From: Octopus sinensis
Lineage: Eukaryota
Length of the DNA stretch: 64,000 nt
Direction of reading: 5' to 3'
Assembly: GCF_006345805.1 (NCBI RefSeq)
Contig: NC_043016.1
Coordinates: forward strand, 8,556,001 to 8,620,000
Below the pieces are notes generated by a model. The model was given only the letters and a program-made list of their open reading frames with translations, had not been told where the DNA came from and searched no databases. Both the position numbers and the translations under genes were made by a program. Below, piece after piece: positions 12,751 through 26,350 of this stretch. Within the stretch, counting starts at the first letter, position 1. Each line of letters begins with the position of its first letter.

Positions 12751-14225
12751 ATGGATCTTATGAAAGCTGATCATTAAATGGATCTTATGAAAGCTGATCA
12801 TAAAATGGATCTTATGAAAGCTGATCATAAAATGGATCTTATGAAAGCTGATCATAAAATGGATCTCATGAAAGCTGGTCATAAAATGGATCTTATGAAA
12901 GCTGATCATAAAATGGATCTCATGAAAGCTGGTCATAAAATGGATCTTATGAAAGCTGATCATAAAATGGATCTCATGAAAGCTGGTCATAAAATGGATC
13001 TTATGAAAGCTGATCATAAAATGGATCTCATGAAAGCTGGTCATAAAATGGATCTTATGAAAGCTGACCATAAAATGGATCTTATGAAAGCTGATCATAA
13101 AATGGATCTCATGAAAGCTGGTCATAAAATGGATCTTATGAAAGCTGATCATAAAATGGATCTCATGAAAGCTGGTCATAAAATGGATCTCATGAAAGCT
13201 GATCATAAAATGGATCTCATGAAAGCTGGTCATAAAATGGATCTTATGAAAGCTGATCATAAAATGGATCTCATGAAAGCTGGTCATAAAATGGATCTTA
13301 TGAAAGCTGACCATAAAATGGATCTTATGAAAGCTGATCATAAAATGGATCTCATGAAAGCTGGTCATAAAATGGATCTTATGAAAGCTGATCATAAAAT
13401 GGATCTTATGAAAGCTGACCATAAAATGGATCTCATGAAAGCTGGTCATAAAATGGATCTTATGAAAGCTGATCATAAAATGGATCTTATGAAAGCTGAC
13501 CATAAAATGGATCTTATGAAAGCTGATCATAAAACGGATCTCATGAAAGCTGGTCATAAAATGGATCTTATGAAAGCTGATCATAAAATGGATCTTATGA
13601 AAGCTGACCATAAAATGGATCTCATGAAAGCTGGTCATAAAATGCATCTTATGAAAGTTGATCATAAAATGGATCTTATGAAAGCTGATCATAAAATGGA
13701 TCTTATGAAAGCTGACCATAAAATGGATCTTATGAAAGCTGATCATAAAATGGATCTCATGAAAGCTGGTCATAAAATGGATTTTATGAAAGCTGATCAT
13801 AAAATGGATCTCATGAAAGCTGGTCATAAAATGGATTTTATGAAAGCTGATCATAAAATGGATCTTATGAAAGCTGATCATAAAATGGATCTTATGAAAG
13901 CAGATCATAAAATGGATCTCATGAAAGCTGATCTTAAAATGGATCTTATGAAAGCTGATCATAAAATGGACCTTATGAAAGCTGATCCGATCATAACAAG
14001 GATCTGATGGAAGGTGGTCATAATGTGGATCTTATGAGAGCTGCTAATAACATGGATCATATGAGAGCTGGTCTTAAAATGGATCTGATGGAAGCTGGAT
14101 CTTATGAAATTTAATCATAACATGGAACTGATGGACGATGGTGATAACATGGATCTTATGAGAGCTGGTCATAATATGGATCTGGTTGAAGCTGATCATA
14201 ACATGGATTTTATGAAAGCTGACCA
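12751..14225. repeat. 27-bp minisatellite ATGGATCTTATGAAAGCTGATCATAAA
   Basis: About 46 near-perfect units to ~13985, then about 9 degenerate units. Open frames on both strands (409 and 422 aa). Confidence 0.97.
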
Positions 14226-14960
14226 CAGCAATTAATTGATCAGTGTTGAAAGCATAATGTCCCTTAAACTCTGGATTATCTCTTGACAGAAATGTAGAAG
14301 GGTGTCAAAGAAGTGAACCATCTTAAACAAAACATCCATACTTCTATAACTAACTTATCATAAGATGAATGTTTTGACTGAGCAGCTACAGATTCAGGTC
14401 CCCCAGTCATCAACACTGTACTGTGCCTTAGCCAATCAATAACAATGTTATTGCATCATTTACTTGGCAGCAAAGTAGGAAAGAATATAAAAGAGTTGTC
14501 AGAAGAGAAAACTAATAAGAAGTTTCGTGGTTAGCAGAGCTAAAGCATCTACTACCATCTAATCTCCTGAATTCAAAAGCCACATCTAAAACATCTTAAA
14601 TGTTAACCCCTTCCTAAACTGTGAGAATCTTTATGGTTATTGATTACCTTTCACACGGCATAAATCAACCGTGATGGCCTTCAGGGCTGATGGGAGGAAG
14701 GAAAGAAGTTAACCTCAGACTGGCTCAAGTGCTTGTAACTGAGTGGACTCAGATAAGGGTTTTTAAGGGCTGACCAGGTAGTGCTACTAAACTAAATGAC
14801 ATGTTAATTCTAATGCTGAAAAACAGGAGCAGTTCTTCTGATGGCATTTCACAAGGTTTCTATTTATTGATATAAAATTATTAATTATGTAATGAATTGT
14901 GTAATGAGGGCGCCAGGCATGTAATGAGGGCTTTGGTTACATAATGAGGGTTTCAATAAA

Positions 14961-15191
14961 GGTGGCGAGCTGGCAGAAACGTTAGCATGCCGGGCGAAAT
15001 GCGTAGCCGTATTTCGTCTGCCGTTACGTTCTGAGTTCAAATTCCACCAAGGTCGACTTTGCCTTTCATCCTTTCGGGGTCGATAAATTAAGTACCAGTT
15101 ACACACTGGGGCTGATGAAATCGACTTAATCCGTTTGTCCGTCCTTGTTTGTCCCCTCTGTGTATAGCCCCTTGTGAGTAGTAAAGAAATA
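14961..15191 (+). mobile_element. SINE family C, tail type 1, with 15-bp TSD
   Basis: TSD AATGAGGGTTTCAAT at 14943-14957 and 15192-15206. Other copies at ~3000-3225 -, 38960-39225 -, 47177-47410 +. Confidence 0.92.
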
Positions 15192-17368
15192 AATGAGGGT
15201 TTCAATTAGGTAATAAGAGTTTTAATAGGTATTTAATAAGCTTATTAGGAATTACTTGAAGAAACTGACAACTATTTCGTGAAAATCAAATTGATAAGCT
15301 TATTTGCATCCAAATGCTTCCATCAATCCAAGAGTATGACAGAAGGCCATATACCCAATTTAACATGCAGCAGGATTGAACCTGAAACCTGAAAGTAACT
15401 GCAAACTAAACTTCTTAACCACAAAACAATAGTTGAGCACATTCTGTCACAAGAGATCTAATCCAACTTATTTAATCCTTGAGATTTAGGTAATTTGTCT
15501 TCTCTTCTTGTGTTTACTTAATTCTTTACCATTTTTTTTTCCTGCAACAGTTCCATAGCACACCTAGTCATTTATTCGTGTAAATATTACATTGCCTCCG
15601 AGACTAACCTTATCCAGAAATTCATAATAGCTTGCAAATAAATGAATGTTAGATTTTATAATAAATATTAAATTTAACAATTGAGGATAGCATATTAACC
15701 CTTTAGTGTTTGCATTATTCTGCCAAAATTAATCCTTTTTTATCCACATTGTTTTGAATTAATCATGCATTATCTTGTAGCTATGAGATTTTGATGAGGT
15801 AGCTGTTAATTTTAAAAACGATATTGTAGGGTTGGTCTGAGAGACCAGATCTGGCCAGTTTGAACATAAAACAGGTAGAATACTTTTGGCCGGATATGGC
15901 CGGTTTAAATGCTAAATACACAAAGGAAAGCAAAAAATGTAAAATGATATTGAATAACCTCCATGTATATAGAAGAACCACTAAAAGTCAACTTAGATAA
16001 TTATTCTTACCTAAACAACCATGGCTATACAATTTTTAGATGTACACAAAGTTTTGCTATTTTGACAGTAAAACTCACAACCTACAATCCATAGTTAATC
16101 CTTCACACTGGTACAGGTTTTGCTGCTGCCATAAATACCCCCTTAATCCTTTAGCATTTGAACTATCCACATCCAGCCCAAATATTCTTCTTGTTTTATT
16201 TTGGAACTGGTTGCATTCAGCCTCTCACACCTACCCTACAATGTCCTTCTAAATATAAAGAATCGCATCATTGTAATCTCAAAACTATGAGATAATGCAT
16301 GATTAATTAAAATGCAATATGAATAAATAAGCATTACATTCGACAGAGTAATCTGAATAGTAAAGGGTCAATGCAGTCAAGAAGGTTTGAATACTCCAAT
16401 ATTAGTGCTATTTGATCACTGTAAAGGGTTAATAAGTGATCAGGACTGAAGTGTTTACTAGAGGAAACCTAGATTTGGGAACCTCACTTGAAGTAGACGC
16501 ACAAAATGAGATAATACACAATAAATTTAAAGCAATGTGAATTCATAAATACATTTTACAGAGCAATCTGAATGCTAAATTCTTTTATTCTTTTACTTGT
16601 TTCAGTCGTTTGACTGTAGTCATGCTGGAGCACCATTTTACAAATAAATTACATCGTTTACTGCACAAAAGTGGCCGCATCTACTGAATCTGTTCCCAAA
16701 GATTATAATGATGATGATGATCATCATCATCATTTAACATCCGCTTTCCATGCTAGCATGGGTTGGACGATTTGACTGAGGTCTGGCGAACCAGACTCCA
16801 ATCTGATCTGGCAGAGTTTCTACAGCTGGATGCCATTCCTAACACCATATGACTAAAAATCCTTTAAACTGCCAAGTTATAATCAACATTGGTAAATTTT
16901 AGAACTCTTGAACATTTTGTTCCAATATAATCTGAACCTCTAAATCTCAATATTTGAGATTCAAAAAATATTAGAAACTTCAAAATCATTAGAATATGTA
17001 AGAACACGCCAAAATTATACACCAAATAACAATGGTGTATAATTTCTTCATGTTTCTAAGAAGCTGAATATACTGTTCCATATGGGTTTCATTCTAAATA
17101 CTTATATACTAAAATAACTTTGATTTCTGTCTCATGCCCAATAGTCAAACACTATATAGCCATATATAATACTAATGACTATAAGGACACCATATTTTGT
17201 TATGCAACCATAATACACTACAAAGTGTGTTAAACGTTTTTATGACTCAATATTGTGTTCTACTGTATTAGCAGTGCTATTACATCACTTTTTAAGGTTA
17301 TCTCCATGGATATTCTATAGAGATTATAGCCAGTACTGATTTTATTATGACATTTATGTACCAGCTTC

Positions 17369-17723
17369 TTGCTGCTGAGACCCCCTTTGGTCATGACAGA
17401 CCATGGGCTTGCACCTAGAAAGCTACCCTCCCAGGCACAAGTCTGGGCAAGGTAGTTTTTTTATGGAAGACCAGCAGTCGCCCATGCATACCGGCTTCCC
17501 CTCTCCACGCCACCAGTATTATCCAAGAGACAGGCAAAGGGGCCGATACAACTTGGCACCAGTAACGTCACCACTCATTTCTACAGCTGAGTGAACTGGA
17601 GTAGCGTGAAATAAAGTGCCTTGCTCAAGAACACAACACAACACGCAGCCCGGTCCAGGATTCGAACTCACAACCTCACGACCGTACGCTCGACGCTCTA
17701 ACCACTGAGCCATGCGCCTTCAC
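17369..17723 (-). mobile_element. tRNA-derived SINE family D with 11-bp TSD (other copies 26705-27040 +, 43220-43548 +)
   Basis: GGCGCATGGCTCAGTGGTTAGAGCG..GAGTTCGAATCC head, TTGAGCAAGGCACTT core-like segment; TSD GTACCAGCTTC at 17358-17368 and 17724-17734. Confidence 0.9.
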
Positions 17724-18124
17724 GTACCAGCTTCCAGGAATGTGTTTTACATGTAAAATTGGTCCATCCAATAATGTTACACCACTGTATTTAATGGCTA
17801 TTTAAGCAATGAGTTCATGGATAATTAAGGGGTTGGATGGGTTCTGATAAAGGAACAAAAACTCATAAAATATGGCATGTGTACTCATTATCTATTTCTT
17901 CAAAATCCTTGTTGTTATTTACATTTTTCATCTTCAAACTCTTTGTTGTTGTCTTGAGTATGAGATGCTGTAACAAAATCAATATTGGCTATAATTTTCT
18001 ATAGAATATCTGCAGAGATAACCTTATCAAGTAATATATAACACTGTTAAAGACCTCAAACCAATCAGAAGTCTTTCTTTTGATTATATATATCTTATAT
18101 TTAACAGCTATATATATATAATAG

Positions 18125-18161
<37 letters not shown>

Positions 18162-19229
18162 TTGATCTCCTGGTTTCATTTCTCTATCACTTAAGAATTG
18201 GTAAGAAATTCAGAGTTGCAAATTGAAGTTTCAGATTTAGATATATAATAGATAGATAGATAGACAGATAGATGGATAGATAGATAGATAGATAGATAGA
18301 TGGATAGATGGATAGATGGATAGATGGATGGATGGATGGATGGATGGATGGATGGATGCATGCATGCATGCATGCGTGTATGTTTGTGTGTGTACTATCC
18401 AAAGTGTACAGAATAATATATCCATTATGGCTGATATTACCAATCAGTTTCATGCTAGAGATGAAACAGAGTGTTAGGCAACAATCCAATTATGTAACCC
18501 TGCACTCATCAGAGGTAGACAAAAGGGAATGAAATATGTTGGCTGTTCTCTATTGTTGAAGGTGAATAAACACATCTGGTTTGCAGCTGCTGTGTAAAAG
18601 ATGATGAAATGAAACAAGCAGGGGATTGAATTAAGAGATGTCCCTTGGTACCAAAACATCACCACTGGGGTGATATGTTGCAAGTCGGTAAGAGTTTCCT
18701 GGAAGTGTTTGAGGGAAATGCATGTATCCTTAAGGTTGGTGTTCTTGTAGAATTGGAATTTGTGTAATAGTACTTTATATATAAAACCTTTGCAGGGGTG
18801 TGCGGGCATACACATCGGGGTTCGTTAGTGTGTTTTCTTTCTTTTATGTGTTGATTAAATTCGTGGGGCCTTTAAGTGTGCATGTGGTGTGTGTAGGGAT
18901 ACAATGTCTGTGGGAGGTTATACTGGGGGTTATATAAACTCCCATACACTTTGGATAATATACCTACTCTATTGTCAGATATATGAGTGCATTTTTTCCT
19001 GACTTATAGACTCTTAGATGACTTACACACACACACAACACACATATATGGATGCCCATGTACATTTGTGTTGTCTTAAAATGCCAAATATAAGCAACAT
19101 AATTAGCATTATCATATTTAATTTTTTAAAGCATTCGCTCATTACACAGTCCTTAGACCACTGAAAAAGTAAGAGCTGATAATGGACGCTAGACAGAAGT
19201 CAATAGGTGACGAAGTACATTAGACTTAA

Positions 19230-19433
19230 CCCTTTAGTATTTAAACCGGCCATCTCCGGCCAAAAGAATTCTGCCTGTTTTATGTTCAAACTGGCCATAT
19301 TTGGTCTCTCACACCAACCCTACAATATCTTTTTAAAAAAAATCTCATAGCTACAAGATTAATGCATGATTAGTTCAAAACAATGTGGATGAAAAAGCGT
19401 TAATTATGGCAGAATAACGTGAACACTAAAGGG
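19230..19433. mobile_element. TTAA-flanked (piggyBac-type) MITE (relatives at ~1120-1340, 15696-15915, 16140-16375, 32775-32987, 34010-34193, 34244-34470)
   Basis: TTAA-CCCTTTAGT...ACTAAAGGG-TTAA. Confidence 0.85.
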
Positions 19434-19437
19434 TTAA

Positions 19438-19788
19438 AAGACTGGATGCCATACTAAAGAAGAAAACAAGACTGGAAGGGAATTCCAAAGTTCAGAGGGA
19501 AGAAACTGGTACTGCTTAGGAGATTCCTGATGAGAACTGGATGCAAGTCTAGTCGATCGCTGATAAGTTCTTAAAGGAGGAACCAGAGAAGAGAGCTCAG
19601 CTGAACAATGTCCATGAAAATACTTATAGAAAAGTGACAAGGAAGCCACACGACGACAATGAGAGGATGAATCCAATTTAGAAGATAGATCAGGACCAAT
19701 AGCATTACAAATACAGCATTGAATGTGGTCCAGCAGAGTTAAACAATCTGCAGGAGCACCTACCCATATGTGACAACAGTACTCAATC
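19438..19788 (-). mobile_element. CR1/Jockey-group LINE 3' remnant
   Basis: IEYCCHIWVGA..LLDHIQ..RRVASLSLFYKYFHGHCSAELSSLVP..LWNSLP. Confidence 0.8.
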
Positions 19789-22700
19789 ATCATCATCGTT
19801 TAATGTCTGTTTTCCATGCTAGCATGGGTTGGACAGTTCGACTGGGGTCTGGGAAGCCAGGAGGCTGCATCAGACTCCAGTCTGATCTGGCAGTGTTTCT
19901 ACAGCTGGATGCCCTTCCTAACGCCAACCACTCCGTGAGTGTAGTGGGAGCTTTTTAGGTGCCAGGCGAGGCTGGCAACGGCCATGATTGGTTGGTGCTT
20001 TTTACGTGCCACTGGCACAGAAGCCAGTCGAGGCGGCGCTGGCAAACAGCCACGTTCGGATGGTTCTTTTACATGCCACCAGCACTGGTATCACAACTAC
20101 AATTTCCATTGATTTTTGATCGATTTCAATTTCACTTGCCTCAACAGGCCTTCGCAAGCAGAGTTTTGTGTCCCAAGAAGGAAAGGTATGCATAAGTGGG
20201 CTGGCTACATCCCAGGTAGAGGCCACGGGTTATGGTTTCACTTGTCCTGCCAGGTCTTCTCACGCACAGCATACTTCCGAAGGTTTCAATATTTATCATA
20301 ATTTAAACATCTACTTTTCTATGGTCACATAGATCAGATAAAATTCATTGAGGCAGATTTTCTACAGCTGGATGCCTTTTATATCACCTACACTTACTTG
20401 ATTCCAAGCAAGGTAACATTTCCCCATTAGCAGACATGAAGACTGGAAATGAATGACTTTTCTTGTATGATGTTGGCACTCATTTACAAGTATCAAGGAG
20501 GGTGGGGCAAGACAAAGAAACACACACACACACATACATGCACATGATGCTTTTCTTTCAGTTTCTACTATCAAATACATCCACAAGGATCTGGTCAGTC
20601 CACGGCATTAGTAAAAAAAAAACATATGCACAGGGTACTGTGCAGTGTAACTGAACCTGAGAGCACCTGGTTGGGAAGCAGGTTTCTTTACCACACAGCG
20701 ACACCCAACAACTGCACCTCAGCATGTCAAACAAAAACAATTTGTGGGTGGCATTTTGACTGCTCACGATGACTATTGTTCATTGTCCTCGGAGGTGAGT
20801 AACATAAATAAATAAATAACAATCAACTAATGCCCTTGAAAAAGATGTGCTGCAGCATGGCCATAGACAAAAGGCTGAAACCACTAAGGAATGAAAAGGC
20901 AAAGTTTGATTATGGTTAACATGCGACGAGAGTCATTCAACAAAGACTGCTTAGAGGAGGCAGAAGCGTGAAGCTGTATTAGTCATAAGTGACTAATATG
21001 TATCAGCTGTATGAAGATTTGACTTCTGAACTTGAGAACAGATCAATACTTTTGGTAACACAACCAGCTATATAGTTAGTTGTCAGGTAGCAGAGAGTTT
21101 GTGTTACAAAATACTTCTGCATTCGAGCTTTTTTGTGGAGTGTTTATTATGTAGCAGGATATTCGTAAACCACAGCATGCGCGTGCGTGCGTTGCGTGCG
21201 TGCTTGTGTGTTTGCGAAGTGCAACGAATGAACGTGTGGTGGTAGTACATTTATGACTCATCGTTTAGAAACAAAGATGAAAAATACATAGATTAGGTTT
21301 GAAAAGAAGTGTGAGAAAAAAAAAACAGAGATGGAGGGGGGGAGACAAATGAAATTCAAAAAGTAAATAAATAAATAAATAAATAAATAATAAGCATTTT
21401 AAAATAAGGAAAAGATCTAGAAAGAAAACTGAGAAAAAAAGTAAAACTAATTCAAGAGTAACTTTTGTAAGGAATATTCTTGCAGGAAGCCAACATGGCA
21501 TATAAATTCAAACCACATATCAGACATAAAAAAAATATATCAAATAATAAATAAATAAACAAAGCAAGGTAGTGTAGATTCTATATGTCATTTGTTAGTA
21601 GTAGAGAAAGTAGTAAAACTATTGACTGCTCACGGCTGGTCTACACTGAGCTAATTATAGCAAATTGTCAGATTTCTAACGAAGAAAGAAAAGCATTTTA
21701 GTGTTTGGATATTTGTGACAGTCAGAAGTTATTCAAATACTGAAACAAGCAAATAATAATTTCTTTTACTCTTTTACTTGTTTCAGTCATTTGACTGCGG
21801 CCATGCTGGAGCATCACCTTTAGTCGAGCAAATCGACCCCCAGGACTTATTCCTTGTAAGCCTAGTACTTATTCTATCAGTTGTCTTTTAGCAAACTGCT
21901 AAGTTATAGAGACCTAAACACACCAACATCGATTGTCAAGTGGTGTTGGGGGGGACAAACACAGGCACACAAACATACACACACACAGACACACACATAC
22001 ACACACACATATATACAACAGACTTCTTTCAGTTTCCATCTACCAAATCCACCCACAAGGCTTTGGTCAGCCCAAGGCTATAGTAGAAGACACTTGCCCA
22101 AGGTGCCACGCAGTGGGACTGAAACCAGAATCATGTGGTTGGTAAGCAGGCTACTTACGACGGACTTCTTTCAGTTTCTGTCTAACAAATCCACTCACAA
22201 GGCTTTGGTCAGACCAAGGCTATAGTAGAAGACACAGTAGGGACTGAACCCGGAACCATGTGGTTGGTAAGCAAGCTACTTACTACACAGCCACTCCTTT
22301 TTTTTTTTAAAGATAATCTGTTTACTTTCATTGACATTGCACGTAAAAAGAAAAATAAAAGATATATTTGGTGGATATATTCTGAACATAAATTTTCATA
22401 TCTAATTTATTTTAACCAAAAGGTAAAAATAAGTAAACAAATGAGAAATAAAATGTATATGGTTTCAATAAACACCCACACATGTGGCAAGCTAAAATGA
22501 ATCAGAAATTTACTAGGTTTTCGTGATGAAGTATTACTTACTATTGTCATTGTACAGCAATTTTTCAGAGTCACAAAAGCACGCACACCTGCACACACAC
22601 ACATGCACACACAACCACATACACACACACTTTGCTTTCAGGATCCATGCTAGAGTGAATAAGATCAATAATTTAAATACTGTTAAAGTGTAACACATCA

Positions 22701-23085
22701 TCAGTCTTGCTACTTCTCTGAATAAGATTTTGGTATCTGCATGTAAACATTTTATGAATAAGCATTGAAGCACACAGAATTTCTCATTGGTCGAATTTAA
22801 TGTCTCTTATTTGCATGCATATATATATATGTATATATTAAAAGGTTTGGAGATTCTCTTTTACTCTCTTTCACTTGTTTCAGTCATTTGACTGCAGCCA
22901 TGCTGGAGCACCACCTTCAGTCGAGCAAATCAACCCCAGGACTTATTCTTTGTAAGCCTAGTACTTATTCTATTGGTCTCTCTTTGTTACTGCTAGGTTA
23001 CAGAGATGTAAACACACCAACATTGGTTGTTAAACGATGGTGGGGGAACAGACACAGACACACAAACATATACACACACATACAT

Positions 23086-23145
<60 letters not shown>

Positions 23146-23409
23146 TACGACAGGCTTATTTCAATTTCTGTCTACCAAATCCATTCACAAGATTTTGGTT
23201 GGCCCAAGGCTATAGTAGAAGCCACTTGCCCAAGGTGCCACGTGTGTGCCCAGGTGTGTGTGTGTGTGTGTGCATGTGTGGCAAGTTTGGAAGCCTTCAA
23301 CTAACACTATCTCCTCCAAGACCATGCAGTGCAAGTTAACCAAAATTGAGAGTATGATAGAAGAAGGCTTGCCCTTCATTCCATAGGAGACAAAATTCAA
23401 ATCAGACTA

Positions 23410-23683
23410 TGTTAAGACCAAAAATTGTTTACATCAAAAAGGTGCTTTTTTTCTATGAAAATCCCTATGTTTTACGATTTTTTTTACTGCTGTGTCGCCA
23501 TTTTGCGGTGCATTTCAACCAGAAAAGTGTTCACTTAAAGAGAATAACAAGCTACATAATGCAAAATTTTTACTTTTCAAAAGAGATTGAAACTATGCCA
23601 AAGCTTTGTTAACGCGACACCAAAGTCTGCCGTTTAAGCGCAACTAAAAAAACAAACCCGAGCAACAACAGGCTATACTGCTA

Positions 23684-23684
<1 letters not shown>
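23410..23684 (+). mobile_element. Helitron-like 3' end
   Basis: CCCGAGCAACAACAGGC (degenerate hairpin) followed by TATACTG-CTAG|T. Confidence 0.6.
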
Positions 23685-23719
<35 letters not shown>

Positions 23720-23795
23720 TATATATATATATAAATATATATATATATAAATATATAACAAATGAGGGGGTGTATTTCTACACAGGAAAAAATAT

Positions 23796-24844
23796 AGGCA
23801 AATTTGTTGTTGAAAATGCACTTAAATTTGAAAAAATTGTAATTTGTTTAAAATAAATATATTTACATCTACACCAAACTAGTTTCATAATATTTTTTGT
23901 TTATCAATGGTAAAAATTTAGAATTATGAATTAGAAAAACATGTTTAAAAATTTCAATGTCGACAAGTTTAAATGTTCATAACAGTCAATAATATAAAAA
24001 CTGTGGATCAATTTGTTTAAATGTACAAAGTTCATTAGTGTTATTAGTGATCAACAAGAAATAAATACCATCAAATTTTCAGTCATACTGAGTTAAGAGG
24101 GAGCAAAAACAAGGGAGAAATGAAGATTGTGAGGAACTTTTGCTTGTAACCGTGTGTTTTGGAATTCGGTGTATTTATAAATTTTTTTCCGCAAGTGGAT
24201 TTGATTTTTGATTTGTTAAAGTAATGGTGATGTCCTGTTTTCCTGGTGATCAAGTTTACCAACCAGGAAGAACAAGAAAATTTCAAACATGTTTTTCTAA
24301 TTCATAATTCTAAATTTTTACCATTCATCATCATCATCATCATCGTTTAACGTCCGTTCTCCATGCTAGCATGGGTTGGACGGTTCGACCGGGTTTCTGG
24401 GAAGTCAGAAGGCTGCACCAGGTTCCAGTCTAATCTGGCAATGTTTCTACAGCTGGATGCCCTTCCTAACGCCAACCACTCCGAGAGTGTAGTGGGTGCT
24501 TTTTACGTGCCACCTGCACAGGTGCCAGGCAAGGCTGGCAACGGCCACGGTCGGATTGGTGTATTTTATGTGCCACCGGCACGGAAGCCAGTCGAGGCGG
24601 TGCTGGCATTGGCCACGAGTCGGATAGTGCTTTTTACGTACCACCAGACCAGGGATCCTGGCTGCTTCAATTCGATTTCGATTTCGCTTGCCCCAACATG
24701 TCTTCACAAGCAAAGGGGGTTGGCATGGGTGCCTGTTTACCATTGATAAACAAAAAGTATTGTTGAAACTAATTTGGTGTATATGTAAATAAATGTATTT
24801 TAAATAATTTTCAAATTAAGGTGCATTTTCAACAACAAATTTGC

Positions 24845-24846
<2 letters not shown>
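23796..24846. mobile_element. Long-TIR (~160 bp) DNA element interrupted by an RTE 3' fragment
   Basis: 23796-23955 is the reverse complement of 24736-24846 plus 24277-24325; TSD TTTACCATT at 24317-24325 and 24736-24744. Confidence 0.8.
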
Positions 24847-24885
<39 letters not shown>

Positions 24886-24887
<2 letters not shown>

Positions 24888-25018
24888 TCTGATGAGGCCT
24901 ATGGTTATTTATATAAGTACTCTATTTTTATATGCCTATAACATCAGTATGTTGACAACTATAGGCAATGAAAATAAAATTATCTACTTTTAGCAATTGT
25001 CTGAAACAGCTGTAAGAG
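24886..25018 (+). ncRNA. Hammerhead-like motif with ~105-nt stem II insert
   Basis: ct CTGATGA GGC...(GCCTATA/TATAGGC hairpin)...GTCT GAAA CAGCTG TA AG. Stem I is only 2 bp next to (TA)n; ends are similar to the 59635 motif. Confidence 0.45.
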
Positions 25019-26019
25019 TGATTTTAATGATTTTAATAATTTATATTATAACTTTTATAGTTTGTATTCTTATCTTATATGTATTGAATTATAAGATATA
25101 TTTGTATGCTATTGATGTTCTCATTTATAAAATGAATAAATAATCCAACATTATAATATCCGAAAGTTGATGAACAAACTAAATTTGTTTCTCCATTTCC
25201 TTATTTGTATTATATAGGTGCAGGAGTGGCTGTCATAGGCGCAGGAGTGGCTGTTTGGTAAGTAGCTTGCTAACCAACCACATGGTTCCAGGTTCAGTCC
25301 CACTGCGTGGCATCTTGGGCAAGTGTCTTCTGCTATAGCCCCGGGCCGACCAATGCCTTGTGAGTGGATTTGGTAGACGGAAACTGAAAGAAGCCTGTTG
25401 TATATATATATATAAGTGTGTGTGAATATGTTTGTGTGTCTGTGTTTGTTCCCCTAGCATTGCTTGACAACCGATGCTGGTGTGTTTACGTCCCCGTCAC
25501 TTAGCGGTTCGGCAAAAGAGACCGATAGAATAAGTACTGGGCTTACAAAGAATAAGTCCCAGGGTCAAGTTGCTCGACTAAAGGCGGTGCTCCAGCATGG
25601 CCGCAGTCAAATGACTGAAACAAGTAAAAAGAGTAAAGAGTAAAAGAGTATATATATGTGTGTGTGTGCATGTGTGTGTGTATGTATGTATGTATATATG
25701 TATGTATATAAGTATATATATATGTATGTGTGTGTATGTGTGTGTTTATTTGTGTGTCTGTGTTTGTCCCCCCACCATTGCTTGACAAGTGATGCTGGTG
25801 TGCTTACATCCGCTTAACTTAGCAGTTCAGCAATAGAGACCGATAGAATAAGTACTAGGCTTACAAAGAGTAAGTCCCAGGGTCGATTTGTTCAACTAAA
25901 TGTGGTACTCCGGCATGGCCGCATTTAAATGACTGAAACAAGTAAAGGAATAAAAGAATACCAAGAGTTTACAACAGTTTGAAATAATACTGTTCAAATG
26001 ACATCATGAGGCATATAAA

Positions 26020-26350
26020 TCTCTACATATATAAACGGCAAAATGTCTGTGTGTGTATCCTTTATACAAATCCACAATTTTTCAGTTTGAGGGCTCGCAC
26101 TTTCTATGGTCATTCAAACCCATCAAAGGGTGGTCATGCACATCTTTACATTTCCCCAGTCACCCCGCAAAGCCATTAAAACATCAATAGAAGTGACGTT
26201 TTTGTGAATTTTCTATCCAAAACCCAATCAAAATGCCCGAAACTTGATACGCCAATTGAATGCCAGCTAGCTGTATGTGATTGGTCAGAGATTTGGACAG
26301 TACTCGCGTGTATGTGCGCACGCACGCAGCTGTATATGCACGCACTAGCT
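26020..26350 (+). mobile_element. Helitron-like 5' end / non-autonomous fragment
   Basis: A|TCTCTACATATATAAA start; a similar start occurs near 38200. Confidence 0.5.

Noticed and set aside
12694-13962. 422-aa minus-strand ORF (MISFHKIHF)n as a STIM alternative exon
   Set aside because: No convincing splice sites were seen and unit variants are non-synonymous in this frame; expected by-product of a 27-bp unit.
12778-14007. Reflectin-like protein (MD motifs, cephalopod)
   Set aside because: The period is 9 residues, not the reflectin MD(X)5MD spacing, and it lacks the Tyr/Trp/Arg richness; resemblance is superficial.
17640-17720. Functional tRNA genes at SINE heads
   Set aside because: A/B boxes are present but the acceptor stems are not intact and the heads are embedded in TSD-flanked SINEs.
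18430-18515. Additional hammerhead on the minus strand (CTGATGA GTGC...GCAT GAAA CTGATTGG TA)
   Set aside because: Stem I does not pair beyond 1 bp; at best a decayed copy.
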